Source: Vicugna vicugna
Lineage: Eukaryota
DNA: 64,000 nt
Direction of reading: 5' to 3'
Assembly: GCA_013265495.1 (NCBI GenBank)
Contig: MU058153.1
Span: forward strand, 1,738,001-1,802,000
Of this stretch, positions 51,401 to 64,000 are shown one piece after another. Below the pieces are notes generated by a model that made no database searches, was not told the origin of the DNA, and saw only the letters and a program-made list of their open reading frames with translations. Position 1 is the first letter of the stretch. The number at the start of each line of letters is the position of its first letter. The position numbers and the translations under genes were made by a program.

Positions 51401-54224
51401 ATTTCCTATCCAAGTTCCTTCTCTCACATAAGGGAATGCAAGAGTCTTTTTTACCTTTTATTCACTCAGACAAAATATGGGGTATGCAAAGACCCTGTCT
51501 TAAACTGTGAGTGCACACAAAAGCAGTAAGTAGTTTTTATTGTCAAGATAATTAGAAATCTGGTGAGGAAGGTAAACATACAAATAATAAAAACACAGTC
51601 ACAGAAGATAGGGTCATGTTTGGGTGCTACAGAAATGCAAACACAGTGTAATCACTCTTCACTGAAGGGCACTGGGGAAGACTTTCTAGCTGAGATTATC
51701 TTCGAGCAGAGTCTTCATGTGAATAGAGTTAGCTAGCAAAAGGGCTGATGGGGAAGGATACATACAGGACCTTAGTGCTGTACAAATCTTGCTCCTTTCC
51801 CAGGGGATGAGTCTGGACCAGTTAAAACACACGGCCACTACCTTGAGAGTATATGAAGCAGAATCCAAAATCACCAAGAGATTTTTGTGTCTTTGCATGT
51901 GTGTCTTTTTCAAGAATTTGTACTTTATTTTGCAGCTGCACATCTTCATTACTACAACAGCCTTTATGGCAGGGGGAACATGATAACACTTTAAACTCAC
52001 ATTTAACCATTGGGAAGTATACATTTCCAAAGTGACCTCTGGGAGGGAAAAAAAAAAGGAGTGGAACTTTGGGTCGGTTTCAAAGATGCTTTTGTATATT
52101 GTCCCATTTTTTCTTCCTCTGAGCCAAGGGGAATTCAGAATAGGGCAAATCAGATAAGAATTCTAAAAATCTTTCTTATATGGGGATGATTAATCTCACC
52201 TTGTTTATATGTGCATTTATTCTCCCTCATTGCCTTCTGTATATTTTCAGTTGAAGAGATTTGTGACTAGTGAATCAGCAAATGTGCTGCCTAAGTCAGA
52301 GAAAACCCCAAATGCTTTTTAATAAGGATTACAAAATTAGGATGTAGGTGTGATATGATCTTTTTGATTAAAAGAAATGGCCTGATAAATTATTTCTCCA
52401 CCATGTCCCCAAATGGAACTATTCTGCCCAGCTTAGCTTGAGTCCAGGCTCCTGAATAATCCTTCCTCACCTCCCCTGGAGAAAACAAAGGTGAGGGAAG
52501 AACAAACTAGCAGGAAGAGTTCAAGCAGATGCATTTTAGCACTCTGAGAAACTGCTGTGACAAGAACCTGTGTCTGGAAGATCCTGCCAAGGAGTCTGGC
52601 TGTGGAAATGAAATTGCTTTGTGTAGCCAACACTTAAGTCACCTCAATGCTGTGTTGATGGAAATGATTAATGTTCCACGGCCATCCACCCGACCCCACT
52701 TCCGCTCTTGGCACAAGTTGGGAGTACTTGGGAGTCTTCAGCTGCACCATGGGTAAGCCCATTCTTGTCATAACTATTTCAGAAGCAGGTGCAATTGGAA
52801 AGTTTGCAGACAAAGGTGACTGCAGTGTAGCTGTCCATGGTGGCTAGCAAGGTGAGTGGTTTTTGCTCTGTGTGCGGGTTGAGTGGTAGAGTAGAGGAAG
52901 GATGGGTTTTGGATTCAGTTGGAACAGAAGTGGAATAACTGATGAACACTAAGCAGCTGAGTGATATTTACTTAGCTAACCTTTCTAAAGCTTCTCAGGT
53001 AGAAATTTTACAGAATACTTTTCTTGTCGAATATTCTGTGGAGGGTAGTGCTATATAAACAGCATTTATTGAATGCAAATTAGTGAGTGGTCTATTTGCT
53101 TAACTGGTTGTATTTTGCTATTTTAGTCCATCTAAACTCCTTATCTACAACTTCAAGTTAACTTTTTTTAAAATAGTTTCTACAAACTATGTTAAGGGCA
53201 GATGATGGGTACAATGTACAACAAACATAGTTTTATCCTTTAGCTCTCCTATAAGATGTAATTTCTTGAAAAGAATTGCAAGTGGGAACTACCAGAATGA
53301 GCTTAACACAACAATGGCGTATCCTTTGTTTAAAAAATTATGGGAATGTAACTGGCAAATTGACTTTGAATGAAACGGACAATGATGACCGACTGCCAAA
53401 AACCATTCATCCTTTCTACCTCACTTTTTGTTCTGGCAGGAAAAATAATCTCTTCCAACAGCCACAGAAGATAAACAATCATTGATCTTAGTTTGAATAG
53501 TGATTTTAAATCCCCTTAGCTACTCTATGGTTGACAGTACATACACAGTCCACTTTTCGTCAACTGATGTAAAGGTGAATCTTTGGCATCCGTGGGAAAT
53601 GCAAACTTCTGGGAAGAATTTTAAAGCTAGATATACTTAAAAAAAAATCAGAATGAAAATTCTGCCTTCCTCTTCCTGTGTTCAACATGGTTCAGGAAGT
53701 TGAATGATAGATAGCACTTCCTCTGGCATATTCTAACTATGACAAGCTATTCTAAGCAATGACAGCTTATAAACAATAATATCTGCTAATACACTGATAA
53801 TAGCAGAGAGTAGAGAAAGACTGAGGATATTTGAATAGATTTTTGAGTGCTTACACGAAGCCTATGTTTTCATTAATTAAATCATTATCTGGGCACTATG
53901 TTCCTTATGCTAAATGTGCCTAATTGGTAAGACTAACCGCTGAAAGAAGGGAACTGACAGCCAATGCTAGAGAACAAGACCGCCATGAAAACAACTCAGA
54001 CCTTTGAAGCATTTAATTTTTTTCTTTATATTCATTCATTGAACAAATATATATTTTAAACCACTTACTCTATTGGAAAGCACTGTTCTGGGATAATCTA
54101 CAAAGTCTCATATATTTTAACAAAAATAAAGCAGTATGCAAAATAAATGCAATTTTATAAACAATCATTATGCTGAGTGTGGGTATGCGTTAAGGGAATA
54201 AATATGATGAAGCACATAGAGTAT

Positions 54225-54580
54225 TCGAGTCAATAGCATATTGTTTAAGATCACAGGGTTCATAATGAAACAGACCTAGGTTTAGACTCTGGCTTTGGAA
54301 TTTCCAAACCATGTAACTTTGGACAAGTTATTTATCTTCTTCAAGCATTATGCCTACCTCAGTGGGTAGCTAAAAGAATCAAATAAGCACTACTATGTAA
54401 AATATTTAGACTACTTTGGACACTTAGTGTTTATATAGTAGCAATTTTTATTACTCATTGAGTCACAAAATATTTATTAAACACCTAATATATCTCTCTG
54501 TTCTAGGTATTGGGAATAAGAACTGAACAAAACAGAAAAAAATCCTTCCTTCATAGAGCTTATATTTTAGTAATAGTAGG
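54225..54580. mobile_element. MIR (+) followed by an L2 end (-)
   Basis: cagacctaggtttagactctggct...tgtaactttggacaagtta; caaaatatttattaaacaccta...ttctaggtattgggaata. Confidence 0.6.
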
Positions 54581-54764
54581 TTTTGAAATAATGCACTAAA
54601 TACTGGTCACACAAAAATTAAGAAATGTTCTGTATTTAAGGGTTTAATGTGTGATTGAAAGACAGGAAAGCAAACTAGAATGCAGTAAGTACTAGGATTT
54701 GAGATAACAGCTTGACATATATTCTCTCTGAAGCTAAAAATATTCAATGATTCTACAATGTTTT

Positions 54765-55021
54765 TTTTTTTTACCTGAAGGATAATTGATTTATTATATT
54801 GTGCTACTTTCAGGTGTACATCATAGTCATTCAGTATTTTTGCCAACTACATTCCATCATGGGTTATTACAAGATATTGGGTATAATTCCCTGTGCTGTA
54901 CAGTAAATCCTTGTTGTTTATCTATTTTATGTTATAGTAATTTGTATCTGTTAACTCCATGCCCCTAGTTTGTCCCTTCTCCACCCCCTCTCCCCTATGG
55001 TAAGCACAAGTTTGTTTTCTG
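54765..55021 (-). mobile_element. 5'-truncated L1 3' end (cetartiodactyl type)
   Basis: tccctgtgctgtacagtaaatccttgttgtttatctatttt; TSD tgattctacaatgtttt (54748-54764) / tgactctacgaggtttt (55022-55038), 14/17. Confidence 0.9.
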
Positions 55022-55974
55022 TGACTCTACGAGGTTTTATGTCTAAGAGCATTTCTGAGCAAATATTGATAAATTGTCTTTTATACCCAAGGTCTGTAGG
55101 ACATTGTTATTATCGTCCTCAAGATCTGAGACAGAGTGAAAAGAACACTGGGAGAAGTATATCGGCTTCCTTCCTGAGTTTGAAGATCATGTATTTCCCA
55201 GGTAAAACAGAAAAAAAATGCAGAAATTTCATATATGGGCAAGAAACTCAATTTGTTTGAGTAGGATTTCACTATAGAGACTATTTCAAAACTCTAATAC
55301 CTACAACATAATGTGTTTATGCCAAGACCTCTATTAAAAAAACAATTTCTTTTTTAGAAAGCTAAATAAATACATAAATTGAGAGTCCCTGGGAAATTGA
55401 ATGAGAAATCAATTCGCTGCTTCATTCGATTACATAATAAGCCTATACACTACTATATGGCAGGATTATGTAACCCAAAATGAATGATCAATCTATTTTA
55501 TTGCTCCTGCCAAGCATTTGGCCTAATTATTTACAGAATAATTACCAGAAAATACTATTATGTTGTGAAAAGTTTATTTTCACTCCTATCATGTCTTAAA
55601 GTGTTGTTTTAATATTTTTTTCCAGCTATGGCAGTTTTTATATACTACTATTTATCATGTATCATTTGTAATGACCCATTCTGATCTGCAAAAGACCTTT
55701 AGATACTGCTACATTTTCTTTCTCAAATTACTTCTTCCATGTGAAAATATTTAAATGGAATAAATAAAAGAGTAAATGAAAGAAGATTTTTCCTGAGTTA
55801 ACAAAATGAGAGTTGAATTTAAAGACATTAAAAACAGGTAATTTTTTTAAGTAAGCAATAATTCAGTGAGGATTCTATGCTTATTCATAGGCCTAATTAC
55901 AAGTATTACTGACAACTGCCACACACACACACATATACACACATACACAGTCTTGATCTAAATGACCATTTAAA

Positions 55975-57715
55975 AAGTTTACATTGAGATATAGTTGACT
56001 TACAACATTATTTGAGTTTCAGGTGTACAACATAGCAATTTGGTATTTTTATAGGTTATACTTCATACAAAGTTATAATGAAATATTGACTATATTTTCT
56101 ATGCTGTACATGACATCCTTGTAACTTATATATTTTATACCTAGTAGTTTGTACCTCTTAATCCCCTTCACCTATTTGGTCCCCTCCCACGGTCCTCTCC
56201 CCTCTGGAAATCACTAGTTTGTTCTCTGCATCTGTGAGTCTGTTTCTGTTTTGTTATATTCATTCATCTGTTTTAATTTTTGGATGCCATATATAAATGA
56301 AAACATATGGTATTTGTCTTTTTCTGTCCTAACTTATTTCTCTAAGCATTATACACTCCAAGTCCACCCATATTGTCTCAAATGGCAAAATTTTATTCTT
56401 TTTGTGGCTGAGTAATATTTCAATATATATATTCTTTATTCATTCATCTGTTGGTGGACACTTACATGGCTTCCATATCTTAGCTACTATAAATAATGCT
56501 GCTTTGACCATGGACGTACATGTATCCTTTTAAATAAGTGTTTCAGTTTTCTTTGGATAAATATTCAGGAATGGAATTGCTGGATCATATGGCAGCTCTA
56601 ATTTTAATTTTTGAGGAAACTCCATTCTGTTTTCTGTAGTGGCTGAGCCAATTTACATTCCCATCAGTGCACAAGCATTCCCTTTTCTCCACATCCTGGC
56701 CAACACCTGTTATTTCTTGACTTTTTGGCAACAGCCATTCTGACAGGTGTAAGGTGGTATTTTATTATGGTTTTGATTTGCATTTCTCTTCCCTGTTGAC
56801 TATCAGTACGTCTTCTTTGGAAAAATGCCTGCTCTGGTTCTCTGACCATTTTTCAGTTGGGTTGCTTCTTTTTCTGATATTAAGTTGAATGGGTTCCTTA
56901 TAATTTTACAAATGAATCCTTGATCAGACATATTATCTGAAAATGTCTTCTCCCATTTGGTAGGTTGCCTCTTTGTTTGTTGGTAATTTCCTACACTGTG
57001 CAAAAGTTTTTAAGTTTGATTAGGTCCCATTTATCTATTGTTATTTTGTTTCCCTTACCTGAGGAGACATAACCAAAAAAATTAAGACTAATGTCAAAGA
57101 GTGTACTGCCTATGTTTTCTTGTAGGAGTGTTATGGCTTCAGGTCTTACATTTAGATCTTTAATCTATTTTGAGTTTATTTTTTCTTATGGTGTGAGAAA
57201 ATATTCTAGTTTCATTCTCTCACATGTAATTGTCCACTTTTCCCAAAATCACTTACTGTTTTCTTGATTTCTCATTTTGATAGTTCATTATTAGTGTGTA
57301 GAAATGCAACAGACTTCTGTAAATTAATCTTATATCTTGCAACCTCACTGAAATTGTTTATTGGTCCTAATAGTCATATATATATATATATTTGAAGCAT
57401 AGTCAGTTTACAAAGTTGTGTCAATTTCTGGTGTACAGCACAATACTTCAGTCATATAGGAACATACATACATTTGTTTTCATATTCTTTTTAACCATAA
57501 GTTATCGTAAGATATTGAATGTTTTCCCTACTCTATACAGTATGAACTTGTTGTTTATCTATTTTATATATAGTAGCTAGTATCTGTAAATCTCAAACTC
57601 CCAATTTATCCTTTCCCACCCTCTTTCCCCTCTGGTAACCATAAGTTTGTTTTCTATGTGGTTCTAATAGTCTTTCGGTGAAGGCTTTAGGTTTTTCTAC
57701 ATATAGTATTATGTG
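55975..57715 (-). mobile_element. L1 3' portion (ORF2 C-terminus + 3'UTR), disrupted
   Basis: [41 protein letters not shown] and KRQPTKWEKTFSDNMSDQGFICKI match the L1 ORF2 C-terminal/Cys-rich region; frameshifted and internally deleted. Confidence 0.92.
57376..57658 (-). mobile_element. Young camelid-type L1 3' end nested in the older L1, (TA)n tail
   Basis: Same family as 31276-31489; TSD tggtcctaatagtc (57362-57375) / tggttctaatagtc (57659-57672), 13/14. Confidence 0.9.
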
Positions 57716-58239
57716 AATACTGCTTTCCCATTGTAAAGTTTTTTTTTTAATTCAAGTATATTTCTCTCAGAATAACTTACTCTTATTCTAGAAAGGATTT
57801 AAGGGTTTAAGAGAACTGAAACTCATGTCGTCCTTTAAACAAATATTTTTTTTCTACCACTTATATGTTTAGCATAAGTCTTTAAAATAATTTTCTCAAT
57901 CAGATTATATATACCTCCAAACCCCGACTGGTTTTTCAGTGAATAATTTACTCAGATAATATATTACATTAGCTTAAGTTATTCCCCGACCATCACCCTG
58001 CTTCCAGCCCTCTGAAGTTACCCAAAGGGTCCTGGAGTGCAACAGGACCTCTAGGTGAATCTGCTAGTCATGGGCTCTAGGAGGGTGACTAATTACAGTC
58101 AAATTCACACTGCTTTCCTGAAGCCCACTAGATCTGGCACAAGTTGAAACTTAGTAATTGACTGATTCTAAAATGGTGACAGTTTCAAATGGGGTTGGGT
58201 TGTCCCAGACATGTGCTACCCATGAGGGATTTTACACTG

Positions 58240-58470
58240 AAAGGCAGCCATGTATAACAGGAAAAGCATGAACTCTAGAGATAAAGAGCATGTTCTCAGA
58301 CTTTTCTTTACCCCTTATCACCTATGAGCACTTGAGAAAGTCACCTAAACCCTCTGAGGCACAGTGGTAATTGATATTCAAAACGTTCATAAGGATTAAG
58401 GAAGTACGCATTTGGAGGTTCTTAGCTTATTACATGGCAAATACTAAGTATTTATCATATGAGTTTCACT
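58240..58470 (+). mobile_element. MIR
   Basis: ggaaaagcatgaactctagag...cttgagaaagtcacctaaaccctctgag. Confidence 0.6.
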
Positions 58471-59519
58471 CAGCATTGTGCATATACGTTCAATGAATCT
58501 TAGTTCCCATTTTGATTGTGCAGACTTCAGACATCCCATATTGCCTTTCATTCTTGGTTTTGATTATTTTATTGCTCTTTTAGATGCTTCAGAGAATAGA
58601 TTTTCAAATGTGCCTTTTCTTTCACCTTTTTCCAGGGTGTAACTTTTTTCTTTCATTCCTATTTTTCTTCTCCTAATTATTATTATTGTTATTTTTTTTA
58701 AATTTAGCTTGAGCTTTTTGTTTTCCTTTTGGATTAGGGCATCCCGAGAGCATCTCAGGTTGTTCATTATAAGGTATAATGCACACTGTGTAGGAGCCAA
58801 AACTTTTGTCCTGTTAGAGCTTTTTAACAACCAACACAATGGAATTATTTGGTCCCATGTCCTTCAAATGTTTCCAACAAATATCACAAACAAAAACTAC
58901 ACTTTTTTTTCATACACAGTTTTCTCCTTTTTTCATTCAGAGATGTGTGGTTATGGACACATTCTGTCCTGTTCTTAGGATGTATGCTACTTAAAAAAAA
59001 ATGGCCAGAGGAACAGCTTTTAGATTTCAAAAGCAAGAGAAATCATTATTAATATCCCTCCATCCTTCTGAAATTTGACCTGCCAGGATTTGAAGGATCT
59101 TTGAAAAGCCGTTTTGGTTTTGTTTTTTAAATTGGTGTCTTTTCATTGTGTCTGCTTGTCATTGAAAGTATCAGTTTTGTTTGCTTCCTGCAAAGTGACA
59201 GATGGAAAGAAGAGAAACAATGAAATTAATGGAGAGCTACAACATACCTTGGCAATAAAGTAAATCTGTCACCAAGTCATAATTTCATTGTTCCCTCTGC
59301 AGTATGAAGTCTGTCCAACAGACAATGAGTTGTAATCATAACCCTGTGTGTGAAGAATAATAATGGAAAAAACTGCAAGGAAAAAAACTCTGTTCTCACT
59401 GGTAAGTGAGTGACTTCATCTGGATGAAAGGGTCAGGGGCTTGGGAAATACATTTGAATGCTTGCAGATAAAACACAAGCTGCTCAAATAGAAATCGAAT
59501 GCACAGCTGGATCATTTAT

Positions 59520-59800
59520 TTTGATTCAGGTTTTAACCTGGAAGGTACTTCCTCGAGAGACCTCTGAATACCCTAGATAAATTAGCCCTCTAATTTAAGC
59601 GTCACTATGGCATTTCTTCCCATTACAGCACTAAACCTTATATTTGTTTATTTACTTTATTGACACAAGAATATGGATGACACGAGCATGGCCATTCGGA
59701 CCCTTGCTAGTTCTGTATCCTCAGGAATCTAGAACACTGCCCACAGTCCTCAGCTGGTAACCAGTAAGCATTCACTGAATAAATAGATGAATGAACTCAA
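59520..59800 (+). mobile_element. L2 3' end
   Basis: ctgtatcctcaggaatctagaacactgcc...tgaataaatagatgaatgaa. Confidence 0.6.
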
Positions 59801-61849
59801 ATGGGAAAAAAAAATAACCTTAATCTCTGACAATTTTTTAAATTTAAAATTGAGAAAATCAAATATGGCAACTGAAGTATGTTTCTCAAGATCACACAGA
59901 AAAGGCTTTGTGTCTTAATTCCCAAACCACTGTATTTTAGCTTGCGAAAAAATACATATTTCTAACACTTAGGTAGACAGAAAATGTGCAAATTGAAATA
60001 CTGTCCTCTTTTCACAGACACTGAGCACGTTGACTGTAGGAAGTTTGCCCAAAAAAGAGGCAGTGGTCCTTTCATTAATTTTTTAAAAATTTTCTTTGCA
60101 CTGAAAAGGGACAGTGAAGTTAGATTAGCTACAAGACTGAGTTTAGGGGAACTAAAGTAGTTAAAAAGAAAGGAGGGAGAGCACTGATTAACGGTGATAA
60201 CAATTACAAAAACAAAACCTCCCTTCCTTCTTCTACTCAGTTGGTACCTGTCCTATGCATCCATTAAAAACGCAACAAAGCAAAGGGAAAACAAACAAAC
60301 AAAAAAAGACCAGTCAGCTTTTCCTACCAATCGGTACCTCATCTGCAACGCCAGACCCTTCAGGAGGGCTGCACCTCTTTCTCTCCTTGCTAGCCAGAAT
60401 GTTGCTTTGAGAGTCCGTTCCGTGTGGAGTCTATCTTGTCTACCAGATTAGAAACTCACAAAGGACAGGGCAGGCTGGCTTTTATTTAGTTATTTAGTAT
60501 TTGCTGCTGCAGGTCTAGAACTACCTTATGTATAAAATACACTCATTGAGCCTCTTGATTGGCAATAAATCTGTATCAGTACAAAGTCAATGCCAACAGA
60601 AGGACCACAGTTTCTCTGATATTTACTGTCCACTATATGGTGAGCTTTCACTACATCATTTACGATCCAGGTACTCGCTGATATTAAAACATTTTTGTTC
60701 CAGGCTAACAATCGTTTCCACACATCTGATTTTCACAGTCATGGATAAGAGTGATAGATTTGTACTCACTCTTGATAACTTTGAAAAAAAAATTTTTCTT
60801 CAAACAATAAGGTATAAGACTAAAAAAATTGGTTGGAAAGTCTCTCTAATCTCAGAGAATAAAGATTTAAGGAAAATGCTAACTTTCAGGTTTAGTTTGA
60901 TTTCTTATTTATTAATCCTTAACTGTTAAAATCACTTAATCATTGTAGCTCCAGTGTTACCCTGGACTTCGGTAGATCGCGTCTTTTTAACTGGCCTTGA
61001 ATTTTTAACTTGCAGCCCAAGTTTTCCTAAGATATGAGGATGATTTTAATGTTTTGATGTATTAAGCCATGAGTTTGTTCCCTCTGGAATACGTGGGGAA
61101 TTTAACAACTGATCATGTGAAGGGGGTCATTTTACATAATACATAACTCATTTTCTTAATTAGTGTGCAAGAAGCAAGTTCTCTTTGGTTCACTGCTCCT
61201 GACTTACTGCAACTCCCTTGATACAGAAACCAGGCTGCTTGTGTGGCATCCTGAGACTTCTCTTTCCAGGGACAACCATTAATAGTACCTTTTTATTCTA
61301 ACCTAATCACAGCCCCTCGGTTTCATTACCAACTTATCGCAAGCTAACCATCATGCTTTATTTTTACCCACCAATCGTTTAGGCAGATATTGTTTTAAAT
61401 GATATTTATAATCAATTATCACCATAAAAAACAACCTAAATTCACTACATGAAAGTATTTTTGAAAGAAATTTGTGCTAAATATATATATATATATTTAT
61501 TTATAGTTTTAGCTACATATCAGTTTATACCAAAACAGAATGATTAAAAACAATTAAAAGAGTAACAGCAATAATCAGGAGGAATTCACAAAGAAATGCA
61601 AAATAGTTTTACCACTGTACCCTAAAGAAGGAAGCGTTTCGGTCAGAGACCACATTTGCCTTTGCTCTACCGTTGAAGTACTCTGTGCATTTGCGGTGGT
61701 TACTTACAAAGTCCCTGCAGGAAGCAACTATCTTTACCTTCCCAGAATCCTTCACCTCATTTTTCTGCTTGGAGGACCCCGGTTTTCCTCTGGCAATATG
61801 CCGAGATTGGGGCCAAGCACAACAGGACGGTGCTCATGAACAAAGCTCA

Positions 61850-62215
61850 GCTAGTCACATGTTCTGGAGACCACCTTGGTGGCTGGTTCTGGAATGTGAC
61901 CATGAGCTAAGCTGGGTCCACGAGGGCCAGACCTGGCAGTTGGTTTAACTGTCTTACTGCAGTGTCTGCTGAGCTATTAGAATGTCAGTTGAGAGAGTTG
62001 CTGGTACCTATTTGGGGCACCCTGTCTAAAGAGCTTACCTGAGAATAATGCCTACAGGCGAAAGCACAGCACGACAGAGAGACTGATTCCTGTCGGCATA
62101 TTTTGGGGCACTTGAATCTTTTCAATGACATGAGTGAAAAAAAAATATCTTTTCAGCTGAAGCCATTTTGAACTAGGCTTTGGTTATTTGTAACTAAAAG
62201 ACTCCTGACCATTCT
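61850..62215 (+). mobile_element. Old MaLR LTR (MLT1K/L-like)
   Basis: 3' end tgaagccattttgaactaggctttggttatttgtaactaaaagactcctgacc. Confidence 0.55.
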
Positions 62216-63199
62216 AAGCTCAATTGATTCAAATTTAAAACATACGGTAATGTGTTTTGAAACTAAAAACATATGGTAATATATTTTGTTGGTGGAATCA
62301 TTCTGGTTCATTTCATAGATACAGGAAAATAATTTCAGATATAAAAACAGCATAATGTACTGTCTTTTTTCAAGTTTTTCTTGCTCCATACTGATAATGA
62401 CACTGTATGTCAGTCACACTGGCCCAGTTTGTGCTGATTATGTTTTCTATCCTCAGTGAGAATGTTTTGTATTGTTTAAGACAACTGTATGCTTAAATCT
62501 CTTGATAACATTAGGTCAACATCTTGAATAACGTAAAAAGAACAGTGAATTGATTGAAACAAGGAACCTGGGAGCAATTTAATTAAAAGCATTGGTAAAT
62601 TTAAAAGATACTTGAAAAAAGAAAGTTGTAAGAGTAAAAAGGAAATTAGAATAAAATAAAGAGGAAAATAAAGAGGAGAATGGTAGCAAAAATCATTGTG
62701 GTATTGAATGATGGAAACATTAGTGTAAACAAAGATATATGAAATTGATTCCTTTCAGTAGACTTGGACTTCAGGCCACCAAAGCATATTATTTGGGACA
62801 AAACAATCATGTGTGGGTGACATATAACTGACCAGACCAAGTTAACATATATTGCCTCATGTTTAGTACAATAATTAGGTAGATTTTTTTTCCTCACTCA
62901 CTTATAAGTCTATAAGAGTCTCTAAAACATAGTCAGAGGAAAGAAAGGTGTATGAAATGAGGATCTTAGGGATAGGGGTAGATTTTGGCTGAAGTGTTCA
63001 TTATGATTTCTTTCCCAATTTAAATCAGTCTGTGTACAGTTAATATTATGTTTGTGCCAGACACTGTTCTAGGATATTAATATGCAGGAATGTGAATACT
63101 TGGGTGCAGTTTTAGAACACCCTCATAGTTAGAAGCAGCCACAGGTTAAGAGGACATTAAAATAATTAGAGAAGTGCTTTATATTATATGCAGAACTAC

Positions 63200-63570
63200 T
63201 TAGAAAAGAAATCTATGTCGTAGCCTTAAAAAACAAACACCCACGTCTCCGTGGATTAAGGCAATCAAAGCGTTCACTTTCTTGCTCATGACACATATAC
63301 AACTTGGGTTAATGGAAGAGAGTAGGGAGCATCTGCATATTATTGTCGCAAAGGAAACCAGGCTGTAGAAACTTTATCTGAACATGTGCTTTCTCAATCA
63401 TCAAAGTCATATGAAGGGATACCCTGAAGTGCATGTTGGTTCTTACAGGCTGTAACTCACAGTACGATGTATTACTACTGTTCATGTTGCATTAAACTTA
63501 ACATCTAAAGGTACCTGGAAGGAGAAAAGTGGAAAATATTTTTGAACACCACTCACGGCTACCAATGTTC
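63200..63570 (-). mobile_element. Old MaLR LTR fragment
   Basis: tttcttgctcatgacacat...aaggaaaccaggctg...aaaatatttttgaacacc. Confidence 0.45.
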
Positions 63571-64000
63571 ACCATTCTAGTCATCAAATATCTCGTTCTG
63601 TCTCCTTCCCATGAGATGCTCTCTCCCACTTACCAAGGGAGACAAAACAAATTCCATCCAGTCTTAGAATCAGCTAGTTCAATCTCCCTAGATGGTCCAC
63701 AGTACTCACAATAATAGGGGGTGATGGATAGTATTTCTCCATGTGAATCATCTTAATGGAGAAATTGGTGGACTGAAAAGTTAAATTGAAACCTATACAA
63801 CCAAAATATACTGTGGAAGAAATAACACCTACATTTACAAAGAAGAATAAAGGGTGACATGGCAGTCACTGATCTCACTGATCTGTATTAGTCTTAAATC
63901 CCGGACAGATGTTTCCAGAGTGGCTTATCCTACTGCAGAGAATAAACTTTTATTTGGGTCCATTTCTTCCTTAGGAGAGGTTCATCCATTCATTCTTTGT

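Noticed and set aside
56664..57003. L1 ORF2 peptides as a functional CDS
   Set aside because: Split across frames, internally deleted and 5' truncated; a dead L1.
808..63714. The 60-138 aa ORFs of the six-frame track as genes
   Set aside because: Short, low-complexity or inside repeats. No recognisable cellular protein and no consistent exon chain; only L1 and CR1 fossil peptides are identifiable.
1..64000. CRISPR array, operon or other prokaryotic/viral system
   Set aside because: The sequence is eutherian repeat-rich DNA, with no regularly spaced direct repeats, long ORFs or proviral gag/pol/env.

Overview
AT-rich mammalian (eutherian) non-coding DNA, most likely camelid. The taxon call rests on two tRNA-derived SINEs of Vic-1 type and several cetartiodactyl/camelid-type L1 3' ends. 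I see no intact protein-coding gene, RNA gene, CpG island or prokaryotic system. The only ORFs with recognisable protein similarity are fossil retrotransposon pieces: the L1 ORF2 C-terminus at ~56.7-57.0 kb and CR1/L3 RT tails at ~21.9 kb and ~30.65 kb. The window is a layered repeat landscape of old L2/MIR/CR1, L1M, MaLR/ERVL LTRs, two ERV1-like solo LTRs, MER20 and Tigger2 MITEs, and younger L1 and SINE insertions with visible target-site duplications (TSDs), several of them nested. Most noteworthy: an imperfect ancient palindrome resembling Eulor1 (~41.54-41.67 kb); a CpG-retaining ancient CR1 relic (~30.6 kb); a solo LTR with intact CCAAT/TATA; strong minus-strand bias of L1 insertions together with plus-strand exon-like signals, suggesting an intron of a plus-strand gene or lncRNA; and (TA)n tails on two young L1 copies. 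All repeat family names are recognised by eye from remembered consensus sequences, and boundaries are approximate unless a TSD or terminus is cited. I found no convincing novel biological system.
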